A stretch of DNA of 64,000 nt from an uncultured Acidobacteriota bacterium (GCA_963844245.1 CAWJNJ010000005.1:331889-395888), one strand, 5' to 3'. Counted from the stretch's first letter, positions 18,719 through 29,509 are shown. Program-made: numbers and translations. The notes: a model not told the origin generated them from the letters alone.

Positions 18719-20413
18719 GCGGGACGACCGTCACCGTCCGGCTATAGGTGCTCGTGTCGTTGGCATCGTCGGTGACAGTCAGCGTGACCGTATACGTACC
18801 GCCGGCAAGGTATCGATAGCTCGCCGAGCGACCGTTGCCGATTCCGTTCGCGCCGTCTCCGAAATTCCAGGCGTAGGAGGAAATAACCCCGTCGCGGTCG
18901 AACGAACTCGATGCGTCGAACGCGCAGGTCAGTTCCGGTGCAGACAACGCCAAAGAAAGCGACCGGCCGCGTGTCGTAGATCGTGAAGATTCGCCCGCGA
19001 GTCACGTCTTTCTGTCCGTCACCGTCGGTGACGATCAGCATCGCGGCATAATTGCTGTCGCTCGAATGCGCGTAGGTGTGCGTGGGTGCTGGCCCGAAGC
19101 CGGTGGTGCCATCCCCGAACTTCCACTCGTAACTGACGATCGTTCCATCGGGATCGAACGACTCGGCGGCATTGAACTGGCACGTTCTCCCGGCGCACGC
19201 GGTCGTGAATGCGGCCGAAGGTTGCCCGGGGAGGGGGTTGAACCATGCCGGGTTGCTGCCGTAAGCGCCGAGCGTAAACAATCCGCTACCGTCAGCCTTA
19301 ACGACGTAAGTGTAGGCAGGTGTTCGTCCACAGGGCGAGTTATCCCCATTACACGCGCCAACACGCTCCTGGGTCTCTTCCCTCACGAGCGCGAGAGTAG
19401 CGGCCATCAGGCGACCACGACGCGTGCGGTCGCTGCGATCCCTGGCGCCACGGCGACGATCGAACCGTCTGTCCTCAACACGCTGACTGCCCTCCAAGGC
19501 TGCAAAGGCAATGTCCCCGCCGACCGGCGAGAAGATGGCTGACGATGGCATATGAACCCGGCGGGCGTGAGCTGCACGAGGTTCGTACCGTCCCGGTTGA
19601 TTGCGCAGATTGAGGTGCCGCAATTGAACGCTACCCTTCCACCGTCGGGGGACCAGCTGACGGCGCCGCGAAACGCCGCCCCATAGGTAAGTCGGGTCGG
19701 ATTCGATCCGTCCGCACCCATCACGTACAATTCCTCCACGCCGCCAGCGTCGCCCCCGAACGCGATCGCGTCGCCGCTCGGTGACCAGGCGTAGTGCCCG
19801 GTGAATCCGACGTTGTGCGTCAGTCGTGTCAAGTTCGATCCGTTCGCACCCGTCACGTACAATTCCGCCACGCCGTCAGCGTCGCGGCTGAACGCGATCG
19901 CGTTGCCGCTCGGCGACCATGCGTAGATCCCGCGGAATCCGACGTCGTGCGTCAGTCGTGTCAGGTTCGATCCATCCGGACCCATCACAACTAATTCCTG
20001 CGTCAAGCCTGACGCCCCCTCGAAGGATCCGAGAAGCGCGAGATGTGCGCCGTCCCGTGACCAGCTGACCGGGCCCCTCAGAGGCAGTCCAGCCGTCACA
20101 AGGGCACTTGTCTGGTTGATGCGGTCGTAGACGTAAAGGCCGTCGGCCAGATAAGCGACGCGCAGACCGTCGGGCGACCACGCCGGTGAGTGCCCCCCGA
20201 TGTAGGTCTCGCCGACGTCCGGGCCCCAGTCGAAGATCTGTACCTCGCAGGTGTCCACCGACTTCCCAGCCGCCCTCACCTACCCTCGGATAGCACCAGT
20301 CATTCGCGATCTTTGGGTTCCGGGTCTGTTGCGCGCTGACCCCGTGGTCCATCGGTATGACCAGGCAGACGAGACAGAGCAGTGCGAGTGTTTTGCGGAT
20401 CGAGCGTGTCCAT
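18714..20413 (-). pseudogene. secreted TolB-like beta-propeller plus two PKD domains, reading frame broken at least 5-6 times
   Basis: AAGGAG SD (20421-20426) then ATG at 20413. Signal-like RSIRKTLALLCLVCLVIP lies in the +1 frame. Repeated SWSPDG/AWSPSG..IAF..LY propeller blades. Two PKD units (FDPDGTIVSYEWKFGDGT; FDRDGVISSYAWNFGDG). Homology hops between ORFs 19876..20352, 19407..20279, 18742..19623 and 18426..18953. No stop codon close to the end of PKD2. Confidence 0.7.
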
Positions 20414-20430
20414 GATTGGACTCCTTTGCT

Positions 20431-21290
20431 TTACGGCATCTTCCAGATCGCCGCGTGGGCCAGTCCGTTTCCGGTGCTGCCCGCGATCGTGCCGAAGTCG
20501 TTCAGCGGCGCGAGCCGCACTCTGACCCCGGGGCCCGCCGAGCTCGGTCATGGGTGCTCCCGGCAGCGGCCAGAAAGGCGCGCTGATTACCACCGCGCTT
20601 GCTGACATCGCTCCAGCCAACGACGGTCCCTGCGGTGTTGATCCCCAAGCCTGTGCTACAGCAACCACCGAGGGTCCCCAGGTCCTCGATTGCGTTATCA
20701 CTGGCGCGCCAGCGAACGGCGTGAGGATTGCCGGCGGCATCAACGCTTGTGCCAGCGACGTCGCCGTTGTCTGCGATTGCAACCGCCCTGGTATTGCCGC
20801 CGAGGCCCGGCAACGCGACCATGCCCGTGGACGGGGTCCACCGGAATGCTCTGTAGCTTTGCGTGGAGCTGAGACTCTCACCGACGACGGTTCCCGCATC
20901 GTTTACGCCGTAGGCGAAACTGTGCGCGTCTCCCGGGAGTGTGCCCAGATCCTCGATCAGCCATTCGGTGGCCGCCATGCGCTACATGACGGCGGATGTT
21001 CCGCCGGACGGCACGGTGCTGCTGCCGACGACGGAGACCGCCGACGGATCCCACCGGTGCCGTTGTTCAGGCCGAATGCGGCGCCACAGCAGGTGCCGAT
21101 TAGGGGGGGGAGCCTTTCAATCGTCCAGCCGCCGGAAGACCTCATCCAGACGACGGCCCAGTGCTCTCTGACGCCAGCCTCGCTGCGGCCAGCGATGACG
21201 CCGTGATTATTGATGTCGCTGGCGAAGCTGCTGCGTCCGAGAGAGAGTTGACCGTGTGGCGGACTGCCTCGTTCACCGGCAACTGGGGTG
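20431..21290 (-). pseudogene. HAF-family extracellular repeat protein, frame-disrupted, no identifiable start
   Basis: Repeats of the type [55 protein letters not shown] and RAFxW. Pieces lie in three frames plus an in-frame TAG (20982-20984). Stop TAA at 20431-20433, just upstream of the SD of the next gene. Confidence 0.6.
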
Positions 21291-23688
21291 TGTGCGTCTG
21301 GGCCGAGGACGGCATCAGCGCAAGCGCGACGACCTCCTCGATCTCGGTCACGTAGTGGATCGTCAGCTCCTTCCGGAGCTCCTCGGTCAGATCCTCGTTG
21401 ATGTTCTTCTCGTTCTGCCGCGGCAGGATCACTTCGTTGATCCCGTGACGCTTGGCGGCGAGGACCTTCTCCTTGATCCCGCCGACCGGCAGCACTCTGC
21501 CCGACAGCGTGATCTCGCCGGTCATACAGATGTCACCGCGCACCGGACGCCCGGTGAGCTCTGAGGCCAGGGCCGTCACCATCGTGACGCCTGCCGACGG
21601 GCCGTCCTTCGGAATGGCGCCCGACGGCACATGGAGGTGGATCTCGGCGTCCTTGTAGAAGGACGGATCGACCCCGTAGTGGGTCGCATTGGTGCGGAAC
21701 CAGGAGAGGGCCGTCCGCGCCGACTCCTTCATCACGTCCCCGAGGTGACCCGTCAGCGTCAGGCTGCCGCCGCCCTGCATCCGCGAGGCCTCGACGAACA
21801 GCACTTCGCCGCCCGCGGGCGTCCACGCCAATCCGACCGCAACACCGGGATCCTTGGTGCGGTTCTCGATCTCTTCGTCGAGAAACACCGGAGCACCGAG
21901 CATCGCGACGACGGTCTCGGTCGTGATGACGACCTTGGCCTCATCGCCTTCGGCACGACGGCGTGCAACCTTGCGGCAGAGTGCCCCGAGCTCACGTTCG
22001 AGATTGCGGACGCCTGCCTCGCGCGTGTAGTTGCGGATGACGGCGCGCACGGCCGGCTCGGTGAACTCCATCTGCTCCGGCGCGAGACCGTGATTCTTCA
22101 CCTGCTTGGCGATCAGGTGCTCGAAGGCAATCTTGAGCTTCTCTTCCTCGGTGTAGCCGGCGAGCTCGAGGACCTCCATGCGATCGCGCAGGGCCGGCGG
22201 CACCGGATCGAGCATGTTCGCGGTCGTCAGGAACAGGACTTCGGAGAGATCGAAGGGCACGTCCAGGTAGTGATCGCGAAACGTGTTGTTCTGCTCCGGG
22301 TCGAGCACTTCGAGCAGCGCGGACGCCGGATCGCCCCGGAAGTCGGCGCCGAGCTTGTCGATCTCGTCGAGGATGAACACAGGGTTCTTCGACTCAGCCC
22401 GGCGCAGGCCCTGAATGACCTGCCCTGGAAGCGCACCGATGTAGGTCCGCCGGTGACCGCGGATCTCTGCTTCGTCGCGCATGCCGCCCAGTGAGACGCG
22501 AACAAACTTGCGGCCCAGGGAATTGGCGATCGACTTGGCCAGCGATGTCTTGCCCACCCCGGGCGGGCCGAGGAAGCAGAGGATCGGACCCTTCACGTCG
22601 GGATTGAGCTTGCGGACGGCCAGGTACTCGAGCACGCGGTCCTTGACCTTCTCGAGACCCGAGTGATCGGCGTCGAGAACTTCTTTCGTGCGGCGAAGAT
22701 CGATGGAATCCTCGGTGCGTTTGGCCCACGGCAGCGCGACGAGCCAGTCGAGATACGTCCGCGACACGGTGTATTCGGCCGCCGCCGCCGGCATCTTCGA
22801 CAGCCGGTCCAGCTCCCTGAGCGCTTCCTTCTTCACCGGTTCCGGCATGCCGGCCGCTTCGATCTTGGCGCGCAGTTCCTCGGTTTCCTTGGCCTGGTCG
22901 TCGCCTTCGCCGAGCTCCTTCTGGATCGCCTTCATCTGCTCGCGCAGGAAGTACTCGCGCTGGTTCTTCCCGACTTCCGACTGCACCTGCGACTGGATCT
23001 TCGACCCGAGCTCGAGCACCTCGAGCTCCTTGATCAGGATCCGGTTCAGCGAATCCATGCGCGCCCGGATGTCGAGCGTATCGAGGACTTCCTGCTTCAC
23101 CGGCGTGCCGATGGTCGTCAGGCTGGACGCGATGAAGTCGGCGAGCTTGCCGGGGTCGGTGATGTTGGCGGCCAGCGACTGCAGATCGTCAGACAGCAGC
23201 GGCGAGAGCGAGACCACCTGCTGGAAGTTGCTCTTGATGTTGCGCTGGAGTGCGTCGATCTCGACGTGATCTTCATCGCGCAGGACCTCGTCGGCTGCGG
23301 TGACGGCCGCTCTCAGGTACGGACGTGTCTGGGAGATCCGCTCCAGCCGCACGCGCGCAAGACCCTGGACGATCAGGCGGAGGCTGCCATCCGGCAGTTT
23401 GAACATCTTGTGGATGTGGGTGGCGGTCCCGATGGTATACAGATCGTCCTGCAGCGGCTCCTCGGTCGAAGCTTCGCGCTGCGTGAAGACGCCGATCATG
23501 CGGCCCGAGGTCGTCGCCTCGTCAATCAGGCGGACCGATGCCTCGCGCGCCACGGCGAGCGGCATGAAGGAGTTGGGGAACAGCACGGTATCCCGCAACG
23601 GCAGCACGGGGAGCTCCGCCGGGATCTCGATCGGCTTTTCTGCGTCCTCGGCTTCGAACGCAATCTCGACTGTCGGGTCGTCGGTCAT
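21142..23688 (-). CDS. lon: ATP-dependent protease Lon (La)
   Basis: 848 aa. LON N-domain, Walker [10 protein letters not shown], proteolytic PKDGPSAGV (Ser) and K in [10 protein letters not shown]. Unusual non-homologous tail of about 55 aa after VVALAL. Confidence 0.95.
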   Translation of the reverse strand: MTDDPTVEIAFEAEDAEKPIEIPAELPVLPLRDTVLFPNSFMPLAVAREASVRLIDEATTSGRMIGVFTQREASTEEPLQDDLYTIGTATHIHKMFKLPDGSLRLIVQGLARVRLERISQTRPYLRAAVTAADEVLRDEDHVEIDALQRNIKSNFQQVVSLSPLLSDDLQSLAANITDPGKLADFIASSLTTIGTPVKQEVLDTLDIRARMDSLNRILIKELEVLELGSKIQSQVQSEVGKNQREYFLREQMKAIQKELGEGDDQAKETEELRAKIEAAGMPEPVKKEALRELDRLSKMPAAAAEYTVSRTYLDWLVALPWAKRTEDSIDLRRTKEVLDADHSGLEKVKDRVLEYLAVRKLNPDVKGPILCFLGPPGVGKTSLAKSIANSLGRKFVRVSLGGMRDEAEIRGHRRTYIGALPGQVIQGLRRAESKNPVFILDEIDKLGADFRGDPASALLEVLDPEQNNTFRDHYLDVPFDLSEVLFLTTANMLDPVPPALRDRMEVLELAGYTEEEKLKIAFEHLIAKQVKNHGLAPEQMEFTEPAVRAVIRNYTREAGVRNLERELGALCRKVARRRAEGDEAKVVITTETVVAMLGAPVFLDEEIENRTKDPGVAVGLAWTPAGGEVLFVEASRMQGGGSLTLTGHLGDVMKESARTALSWFRTNATHYGVDPSFYKDAEIHLHVPSGAIPKDGPSAGVTMVTALASELTGRPVRGDICMTGEITLSGRVLPVGGIKEKVLAAKRHGINEVILPRQNEKNINEDLTEELRKELTIHYVTEIEEVVALALMPSSAQTHTPQLPVNEAVRHTVNSLSDAAASPATSIITASSLAAARLASESTGPSSG

Positions 23689-23720
23689 ATCTGGCGTTGT
23701 TGTACTCGAAATGAAGCAAG

Positions 23721-23762
23721 AAAACTAAAAAGGGCGAAGAAGGCACCAGCCTCCTTCGCCCT
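23721..23762 (-). terminator. intrinsic terminator downstream of the dksA-like gene
   Basis: On the minus strand: GGGCGAAGGAGG..CCTTCTTCGCCC stem followed by TTTTTAGTTTT. Confidence 0.7.
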
Positions 23763-23783
23763 TTGCCTTTTCTGAGGTGGTTA

Positions 23784-24239
23784 CTAGCTCTGCATGTCGA
23801 GGAACAGTGACGACGAGCCGCGGCGCTGCGACATCACGCGCTCGCGCTGCTGGGCCGTCTCACGAGCCTCTTCGCAATCCTTGCAACGGACCGCGAACGG
23901 GAGCGCGCGCAACCGGCGCTCCGAGATTTCCTCGCCGCACTCGAAGCAGTATCCGAACGTGCCGTCTTCGAGACGATGCAACGCTTCCTCGATCTTGCTG
24001 AGCGTCTCCGACTTCATCTGAATGAGCGCGAACTCGATGTCATCCTGGATGTCGGCTTCGGAGCTCTCGACTGCGTCGAGCACGCCCTGGTTCGGGTTGT
24101 TGGCACCCTCGCTGCGGACGTCACGGATCTTGCCCTGGACCTGGTCCATGATCTCGCGTCGACGCTCTTCGAGAATGCTCTTCAACTCGGAGTATCGATC
24201 CCGGTTCATCTGCCCGCCGGGCGACTTATGAACTTTCAT
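23784..24239 (-). CDS. dksA: DksA/TraR-family C4 zinc-finger transcription factor
   Basis: CFECGEEIS...CKDCEE four-Cys finger, preceded by a coiled-coil with acidic tip residues. Start taken at MKVHK (24239), with purine-rich GGAAAGGAAAA upstream. The ORF track starts at 24293. Confidence 0.75.
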   Translation of the reverse strand: MKVHKSPGGQMNRDRYSELKSILEERRREIMDQVQGKIRDVRSEGANNPNQGVLDAVESSEADIQDDIEFALIQMKSETLSKIEEALHRLEDGTFGYCFECGEEISERRLRALPFAVRCKDCEEARETAQQRERVMSQRRGSSSLFLDMQS

Positions 24240-24492
24240 ATGATTTTCCTTTCCCTCGACCCGCTTATAGTTGCTGGCCGTTATGCAAGCCATCTGCCAT
24301 GTATAAAGCCAGTCAGTTTACAACAGATGAGCCCTTTATTGGAAGGCCAGTATCCGAAACAAAGCCGCTTCCCCGCCTCAACGGAGTAGAAACTGCCTCG
24401 CGTCGTGAGGATTAAGACGCCGGTACGGGTCCTGGCGGTTCTCGTTGCCGACCTCCCGCAGGTTGCGAGCCGGTCCCTGCGGGCAGTGAGCC

Positions 24493-24520
24493 GCGACAGA
24501 CCACGTCTGCGTGCTATAAT
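24493..24520 (+). promoter_or_regulatory. candidate sigma70-type promoter of rpmB (extended -10)
   Basis: GCGACA-N16-TGcTATAAT. The TATAAT at 24515-24520 is a perfect -10 in an otherwise GC-rich context, about 65 nt upstream of the rpmB ATG. Confidence 0.5.
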
Positions 24521-24585
24521 TCGTGGTTTCCACGGCTGCCGCTGGCCGCCGTAATCACTTACCCCGACACGATTTACAGGTAGTC

Positions 24586-24798
24586 ATGGCGAAACGCTGC
24601 GAACTCTGCGGAAAAGGGCCGGTCTTCGGCCGTAATGTCAGCCACGCGCACAATGTCACCCCGCGCCGGTTCGAACCGAATCTTCAGCGCGTGCGCGCGC
24701 TCGTGAATGGCGGCATCCAGCGCCTGCGTGTCTGCACGCGGTGTCTGCGGTCCAACAAAGTGGTCAAGGCCAGCCGGGCCAGCAAGGCCGTCGCCTAG
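24586..24798 (+). CDS. rpmB: 50S ribosomal protein L28
   Basis: [37 protein letters not shown] is the canonical bL28 N-terminus. Internal ATG of ORF 24523..24798. Confidence 0.9.
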   Translation: MAKRCELCGKGPVFGRNVSHAHNVTPRRFEPNLQRVRALVNGGIQRLRVCTRCLRSNKVVKASRASKAVA

Positions 24799-24799
24799 C

Positions 24800-25177
24800 A
24801 TGCGGCAGGCGGTTTCGTCGGACGCCGCCCCCAAAGCCATCGGCCCGTACTCCCAGGCGATCAGGGCCGGTTCGCTCCTCTTCGTCTCAGGACAGATTCC
24901 ACTGGATCCCGCCACGGGAGCCATGGTCGAGGGCGATATCGCGGCACAGACGCGCCGGGTGTTTGCCAACCTCGGGGCGATTCTCGAAGCGGCGGGAGCC
25001 TCGTTCGATAACGTGGTCAGGACGACCGTCTACCTGGCGGATATGAACGACTTCGCGATCGTGAACGAGATCTACGGGACGTACTTCTCGTCGCCGGCGC
25101 CGGCGCGCGCCACCGTCCAGGCCGCGCGTCTGCCCAAGGACGCGCGCGTCGAGATCGACCTGATCGCGTCCCTGTAA
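24800..25177 (+). CDS. ridA: RidA/YjgF-family reactive-intermediate deaminase
   Basis: APKAIGPYSQAI, LFVSGQIPLDP, VVRTTVYLADMNDF, PARATVQAARLPKDARVEID. Confidence 0.85.
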   Translation: MRQAVSSDAAPKAIGPYSQAIRAGSLLFVSGQIPLDPATGAMVEGDIAAQTRRVFANLGAILEAAGASFDNVVRTTVYLADMNDFAIVNEIYGTYFSSPAPARATVQAARLPKDARVEIDLIASL

Positions 25178-25251
25178 GGGCGGTTCGCGAACCGCCCCGT
25201 GACAGTTGGCGGGTCCAACGACACCGTCACGGGGCCGTTCACGAACGGCCC

Positions 25252-27415
25252 CTACACGAGCGGCCCTGCCGGGCCGCTCTCTACGTCCAGAACCCCCTCG
25301 ATACTGCGCAGCGCCTTGACCACCTTCTGCAGGTGTTTCAGATCGCTGATCTCCACCGTGATGTCGATCCGCCCGCGCTGGTCGTCCACCGTCGCCTCGA
25401 CGTTGCGAATGTTGGTGTTGATCCCGGCGATCTTTGAACTGACATCGGCGAGGATGCCCTTGCGGTCCTCCACGTGGATGCTGAGGCGGACGATGTAGGT
25501 GGAGGGATCGGCGGCCGGTATCCCACTCCACGTCGATGCGGCGCTCGGGATCGTAGAGCAGGTTGACGACATTCGAGCACAGCGCCGAGTGCACCGAGAC
25601 GCCCTTCCCTCGCGTGATGTAGCCGACGATTTTTTCGCCGCGAATCGGGTTGCAGCAGCGCGCCCGGAACACGAGCAGGTCATCGACCCCGCGGACCTTG
25701 ATCTTGTCTTCGCCGGTGCCGAGCACGCGCCGCACAACCGAGACGATGCCGGTGTCTGAGGTCTCTTTGAGCTCCGTCTGCGGAACGAACTTGGCCAGAA
25801 CGCTGCGCGCCGGCAGCTTGCCGTAGCCGATCGCGGCATAGAGCTCCTCGGGGCGACCCATTCCGTACTCGGCCAGCACGCGCTGGAGTGCCACCGGTTC
25901 GGCCAGGCTCTTCGCGCTCACACCGTAGCGCCGCGCTTCCTTGTCGAACAGCCGCCGCCCGAGTTCCTGGCTCCGCGTCTTCTCCTCGGCATGGATGAAG
26001 TGTTTGATCTTGTTGCGGGCGCGCGAGGTGACGACGAAGTTGAGCCAGTCGCGGCTCGGCTTGTGGCCCGGCGTCGTAATGATCTCGACGATATCGCCGT
26101 TGCGGACCCGGGTGCGGAGCGGCACCATCTTGCTGTTGACGCGAGCCCCGACGCACTGGTGTCCGACGTCGGTATGAATGGAATAGGCGAAGTCGACCGG
26201 CGTCGAGTCGCGGGGGAGGGCCTTCACTTCGCCCTTGGGCGTGAAGATGTAGACCTCCTCGGGATAGAGCTCGATCTTCAGGTTCTGCAGAAACTCCTGC
26301 GGATCACGCACCTCCTGCTGCCACTCGAGCAATTGCCGGAGCCACACGAAGTACTGTTCGTCGCGGCCGGCGCCAACGCGGCCTTCTTTGTACTTCCAGT
26401 GCGCCGCGATGCCTTCTTCGGCCGTCCGATGCATCTCGGAGCTGCGGATCTGCACTTCGAAAGGGAACCCGCGCTCGCTGATCACCGAGGTATGGAGCGA
26501 CTGGTATCCATTCGGCCGCGGCGTGGCAATGAAGTCCTTGATGCGGCCGGGGACCGGCGACCAGGTCTGATGGATGATCCCGAGCGCGCCATAGCAGTCC
26601 TTCACCGACGCCGTGATGATCCGCAGCGCGACGAGGTCGTAGACCTGGTCCAGTTCAATTTTCTGCCGCTTCAGCTTCTGGTGAATGCTGAAGAGGCGCT
26701 TGATGCGGCCGTCGATCTCGATCACCGGTACCTGCGCTTCGGTCAGCTTGGCGGTGATCGTCTTTTTGAGGTCCTCGATCATGCCCTCGGTGGCGCGGCG
26801 GCGGCTCTCGACGGTCTGCCGGAGCGATTCGTACGCCTTCGGCTCCAGGTACTTGAACGCCAGCTCCTCGAGCTCGTTCTTGACCTTCGACATGCCCAGG
26901 CGGTTCGCAATCGGAGCGTAGATGTCGCGGGTTTCCTGCGCGATCTTGACCCGCCGCTCTTCCGGCAGGTGGTGCAGCGTCCGCATGTTGTGGAGCCGGT
27001 CGGCCAGTTTGACCAGGATGACGCGGATGTCATCCACCATCGCCAGCAGCATCTTCCGGAAGTTCTCGGCCTGGCGCTCTTCGCTCGACGAGAACGGAAT
27101 GGTGCCAAGCTTGGTGACGCCCTCGACGACGTGGGCCACGTCAGCGCCAAACAGCTCTTTGATCCGTTCGATCGGCGTCTGGGTGTCTTCGACGATGTCG
27201 TGCAGCAGCCCGGCCGCAATCGCCACGACATCGAGCTTCATGTCGGCCAGCTGATCGGCTACCTCGAGCGGATGGACCAGGTAGGGCTCCCCCGAGTGGC
27301 GGACCTGTCCCTTGTGCTCGAAGGCCGAGAAGACGTAGGCCCGCCTGAGCAGCTCGATGTCGGCCTCTGGATTGCTGGCCCTTACCTTTTCGATGAGATC
27401 CTCGAACCGGATCAT
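25252..27415 (-). CDS. spoT: bifunctional (p)ppGpp synthetase/hydrolase Rel/SpoT, frame broken once near 25513-25522
   Basis: HD hydrolase domain (HSGEPYLVHPLEVA...HD), synthetase domain (RIKDFIATPRPNGYQSLHT), and TGS. The ACT domain (YIVRLSIHVEDRKGILADV...) lies in ORF 25252..25839, one frame off from ORF 24887..27415. Confidence 0.9.
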
Positions 27416-27461
27416 TTTTGTGGTGTCTAAGAGAATAAGGGACTGGTGTCCGTGAACCGGG

Positions 27462-27491
27462 TTGACGCCCTGTTTTTGCGTTCACTATACT
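27462..27491 (+). promoter_or_regulatory. candidate sigma70-type promoter for the TPR lipoprotein gene
   Basis: TTGACG-N18-TATACT, about 38 nt upstream of ATG 27529, in the divergent gap with rel/spoT. Confidence 0.45.
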
Positions 27492-27528
27492 GACCCGTCC
27501 TGTAACTCATTCTAAAGGTTCAAGAAGC

Positions 27529-28488
27529 ATGACAACGCGATATCGGATGGTGACGGCAGCGGCCATCGTGGTGGCAGTCGGAGTGGCCACCGCGGGGTGC
27601 GGCCGCTACTCGATCGGCGCTCTCAAGGGCCAGAAGGCGTACAAGGACGCCAATGAGCTCTATAAAACCTCGCAGTGGAAAGACGCCGCCGCCAAATACG
27701 AATATGTACTTCAGCAGGATGCGTCCCGCTCGGAAGTGTATTTCTTCTTGGCGAACAGCTACGACAACGCGTACAAGCCCAGCCGTGCGGGCGAACCTGA
27801 GAATGACTCGTACATCCAGAAGGCGATTCAGAACTACCGCAAAGCCGCCGAGGAGGACAAAAACCCGGAGATGAAGAAGCTGGCGCTCCAGTACCTGGTC
27901 GCCGCTTACGGCCCCGACAAGCTGAACGACCCGACGCAGGCCGAGCCGATCGTCCAGGAAATGATCCGGATTGCGCCGAACGACCCGGGCAACTACTTCG
28001 CGCTGGCCAGGATCTACGAGGATGCCGGCCGTTACGAAGAAGCCGAGGCGGCGCTTCTGAAGGCCCGCGACACCAATCCCCAGGACGTCACGGTCTACGT
28101 CCAGCTCTCCGGCTTCTACAACCGCCAGGGTGCGTTCGACAAGACCATCGAGGCCCTGAACAAGGCGGCCGAGATCAAGCCTGACGATCCGCAGGGCCAC
28201 CAGCTTGTCGCGACCTACTACTGGGAGAAGGCCTTCAAGGATTACACGCTGAAGCCGGCGGCGAAGAAGGACTACATCATGAAGGGCATCGAGGCCACCG
28301 ACCGGGCCCTGAAGCTGAACCCGAACTACGCCGAGGCGCTCACCTATAAGAACATCCTGCTCCGGATGCAGGCCAATCTCGAGACTGATCTGACCAAACG
28401 GGCCGCTCTCATGAAAGAGGCCGACGAGATCAAAGCCAAGGCCATGGAGCTGCAGGCCAAGGCCGCCGGCACCGCGAAGCCCAAATAA
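27529..28488 (+). CDS. TPR-repeat lipoprotein
   Basis: Lipobox VATAGC. Multiple 34-aa TPR-like units (YFFLANSYD, ALARIYEDAGRYEEA, VQLSGFYNRQGAFDKT...). Confidence 0.7.
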   Translation: MTTRYRMVTAAAIVVAVGVATAGCGRYSIGALKGQKAYKDANELYKTSQWKDAAAKYEYVLQQDASRSEVYFFLANSYDNAYKPSRAGEPENDSYIQKAIQNYRKAAEEDKNPEMKKLALQYLVAAYGPDKLNDPTQAEPIVQEMIRIAPNDPGNYFALARIYEDAGRYEEAEAALLKARDTNPQDVTVYVQLSGFYNRQGAFDKTIEALNKAAEIKPDDPQGHQLVATYYWEKAFKDYTLKPAAKKDYIMKGIEATDRALKLNPNYAEALTYKNILLRMQANLETDLTKRAALMKEADEIKAKAMELQAKAAGTAKPK

Positions 28489-28495
28489 CCCCCAA

Positions 28496-28546
28496 ACGTG
28501 CGACGTGCTACGTCGTCCGCACGTCGCACCTAGACCTAGCACGTAC
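28496..28546. repeat. GTGCGACGTGC-word palindromic element (short copy)
   Basis: Perfect 11-bp inverted repeat GTGCGACGTGC (28498-28508) / GCACGTCGCAC (28519-28529), followed by CCTAGACCTAGCACGT. Confidence 0.75.
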
Positions 28547-28585
28547 AAAGAAAAAGGCGGGCCGTGAGGCCCGCCTTTTGTTCTT
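28547..28585. terminator. bidirectional intrinsic terminator between convergent TPR and exbD genes
   Basis: AAAGAAAAA-GGCGGGCC-GTGA-GGCCCGCC-TTTTGTT. Confidence 0.75.
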
Positions 28586-28610
28586 TCCGTGGATTCCGTG
28601 TAATCCGTGA

Positions 28611-29066
28611 CTAGTTGCCCGCTCCGCCCTTGCGCATCCGCTCGGTGACGATGCCGACCTTTTCGACTCCGGCACCCTTGGCCGCGTCGATGACCTCGAT
28701 GATGTCACCGTAACGCAACGTGCCGGCGCCGGCGATGAACATCGTCTTGTCCTTACGCGTCTCGAACACGCCGCGCAGGTACTCTTCCAGGCTCTCACGC
28801 GCAACGGGCTGTTTGTTCACCGCCATCGACCGGTCGGCATTGAACTCGAGCATGATCTGCTCGCTCGGCTCGTTCGCCGCCGGGGCCTTGGTCTCGAGGG
28901 GCAGATTGATGTCGAGCCCCTTCTGCGTCAGCGGCAGGGCCGCCATGAAGATGATCAGGAGCACGAGCAGCACGTCGATCAGCGGCGTGACGTTCATGTC
29001 CGAACTGGCGTGGGGTGTCTCCCCCTTCACGACGCGGTCGGCGCCGTGGTGCTTGTGTGCGGCCAT
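28611..29066 (-). CDS. exbD: ExbD/TolR-family biopolymer transport protein (copy 2)
   Basis: 151 aa. MNVTPLIDVLLVLLIIFM with the conserved TM Asp. Confidence 0.85.
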   Translation of the reverse strand: MAAHKHHGADRVVKGETPHASSDMNVTPLIDVLLVLLIIFMAALPLTQKGLDINLPLETKAPAANEPSEQIMLEFNADRSMAVNKQPVARESLEEYLRGVFETRKDKTMFIAGAGTLRYGDIIEVIDAAKGAGVEKVGIVTERMRKGGAGN

Positions 29067-29068
29067 GA

Positions 29069-29509
29069 CTAGTTCCCTCCCGCCGGCTTGTTCGGGTCGT
29101 TCTTCTTTTCGGTGATCAGGCCGATGTCCTCGATCTGGGCCTCGTGGAGGTAGTCCATCGCCTCCATGATGGCGCTGTAGGAGGCGTCCTGGTCGCCCTT
29201 GATGAGCACGACGCGATCGCTCTTGTCCTCGAGGATGCTCTTGACCCGGTCGGTGAACTCGTTTTTCCCGACCCGGATGCCATTGACCCAGAACTGGTTG
29301 GCCGAATCAACCGCGACCACCGTCTGCTTGTCGTTGTCCGGCTTGTCCGCCGTGTTGGCGGCAAGCGGCAGCTTCACGTCCACGCCCTTCTGGAGCATGG
29401 GCGCGACCAGCATCATGATGATCAGCAACACCAGCATGACGTCGACGAGCGGCGTCACGTTGATGTCGGATTTTGGGCCGCCTTTTGAGCCGCCTACGTC
29501 CATCGACAT
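29069..29509 (-). CDS. exbD: ExbD/TolR-family biopolymer transport protein (copy 1)
   Basis: 146 aa. INVTPLVDVMLVLLIIMM. Confidence 0.85.
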   Translation of the reverse strand: MSMDVGGSKGGPKSDINVTPLVDVMLVLLIIMMLVAPMLQKGVDVKLPLAANTADKPDNDKQTVVAVDSANQFWVNGIRVGKNEFTDRVKSILEDKSDRVVLIKGDQDASYSAIMEAMDYLHEAQIEDIGLITEKKNDPNKPAGGN

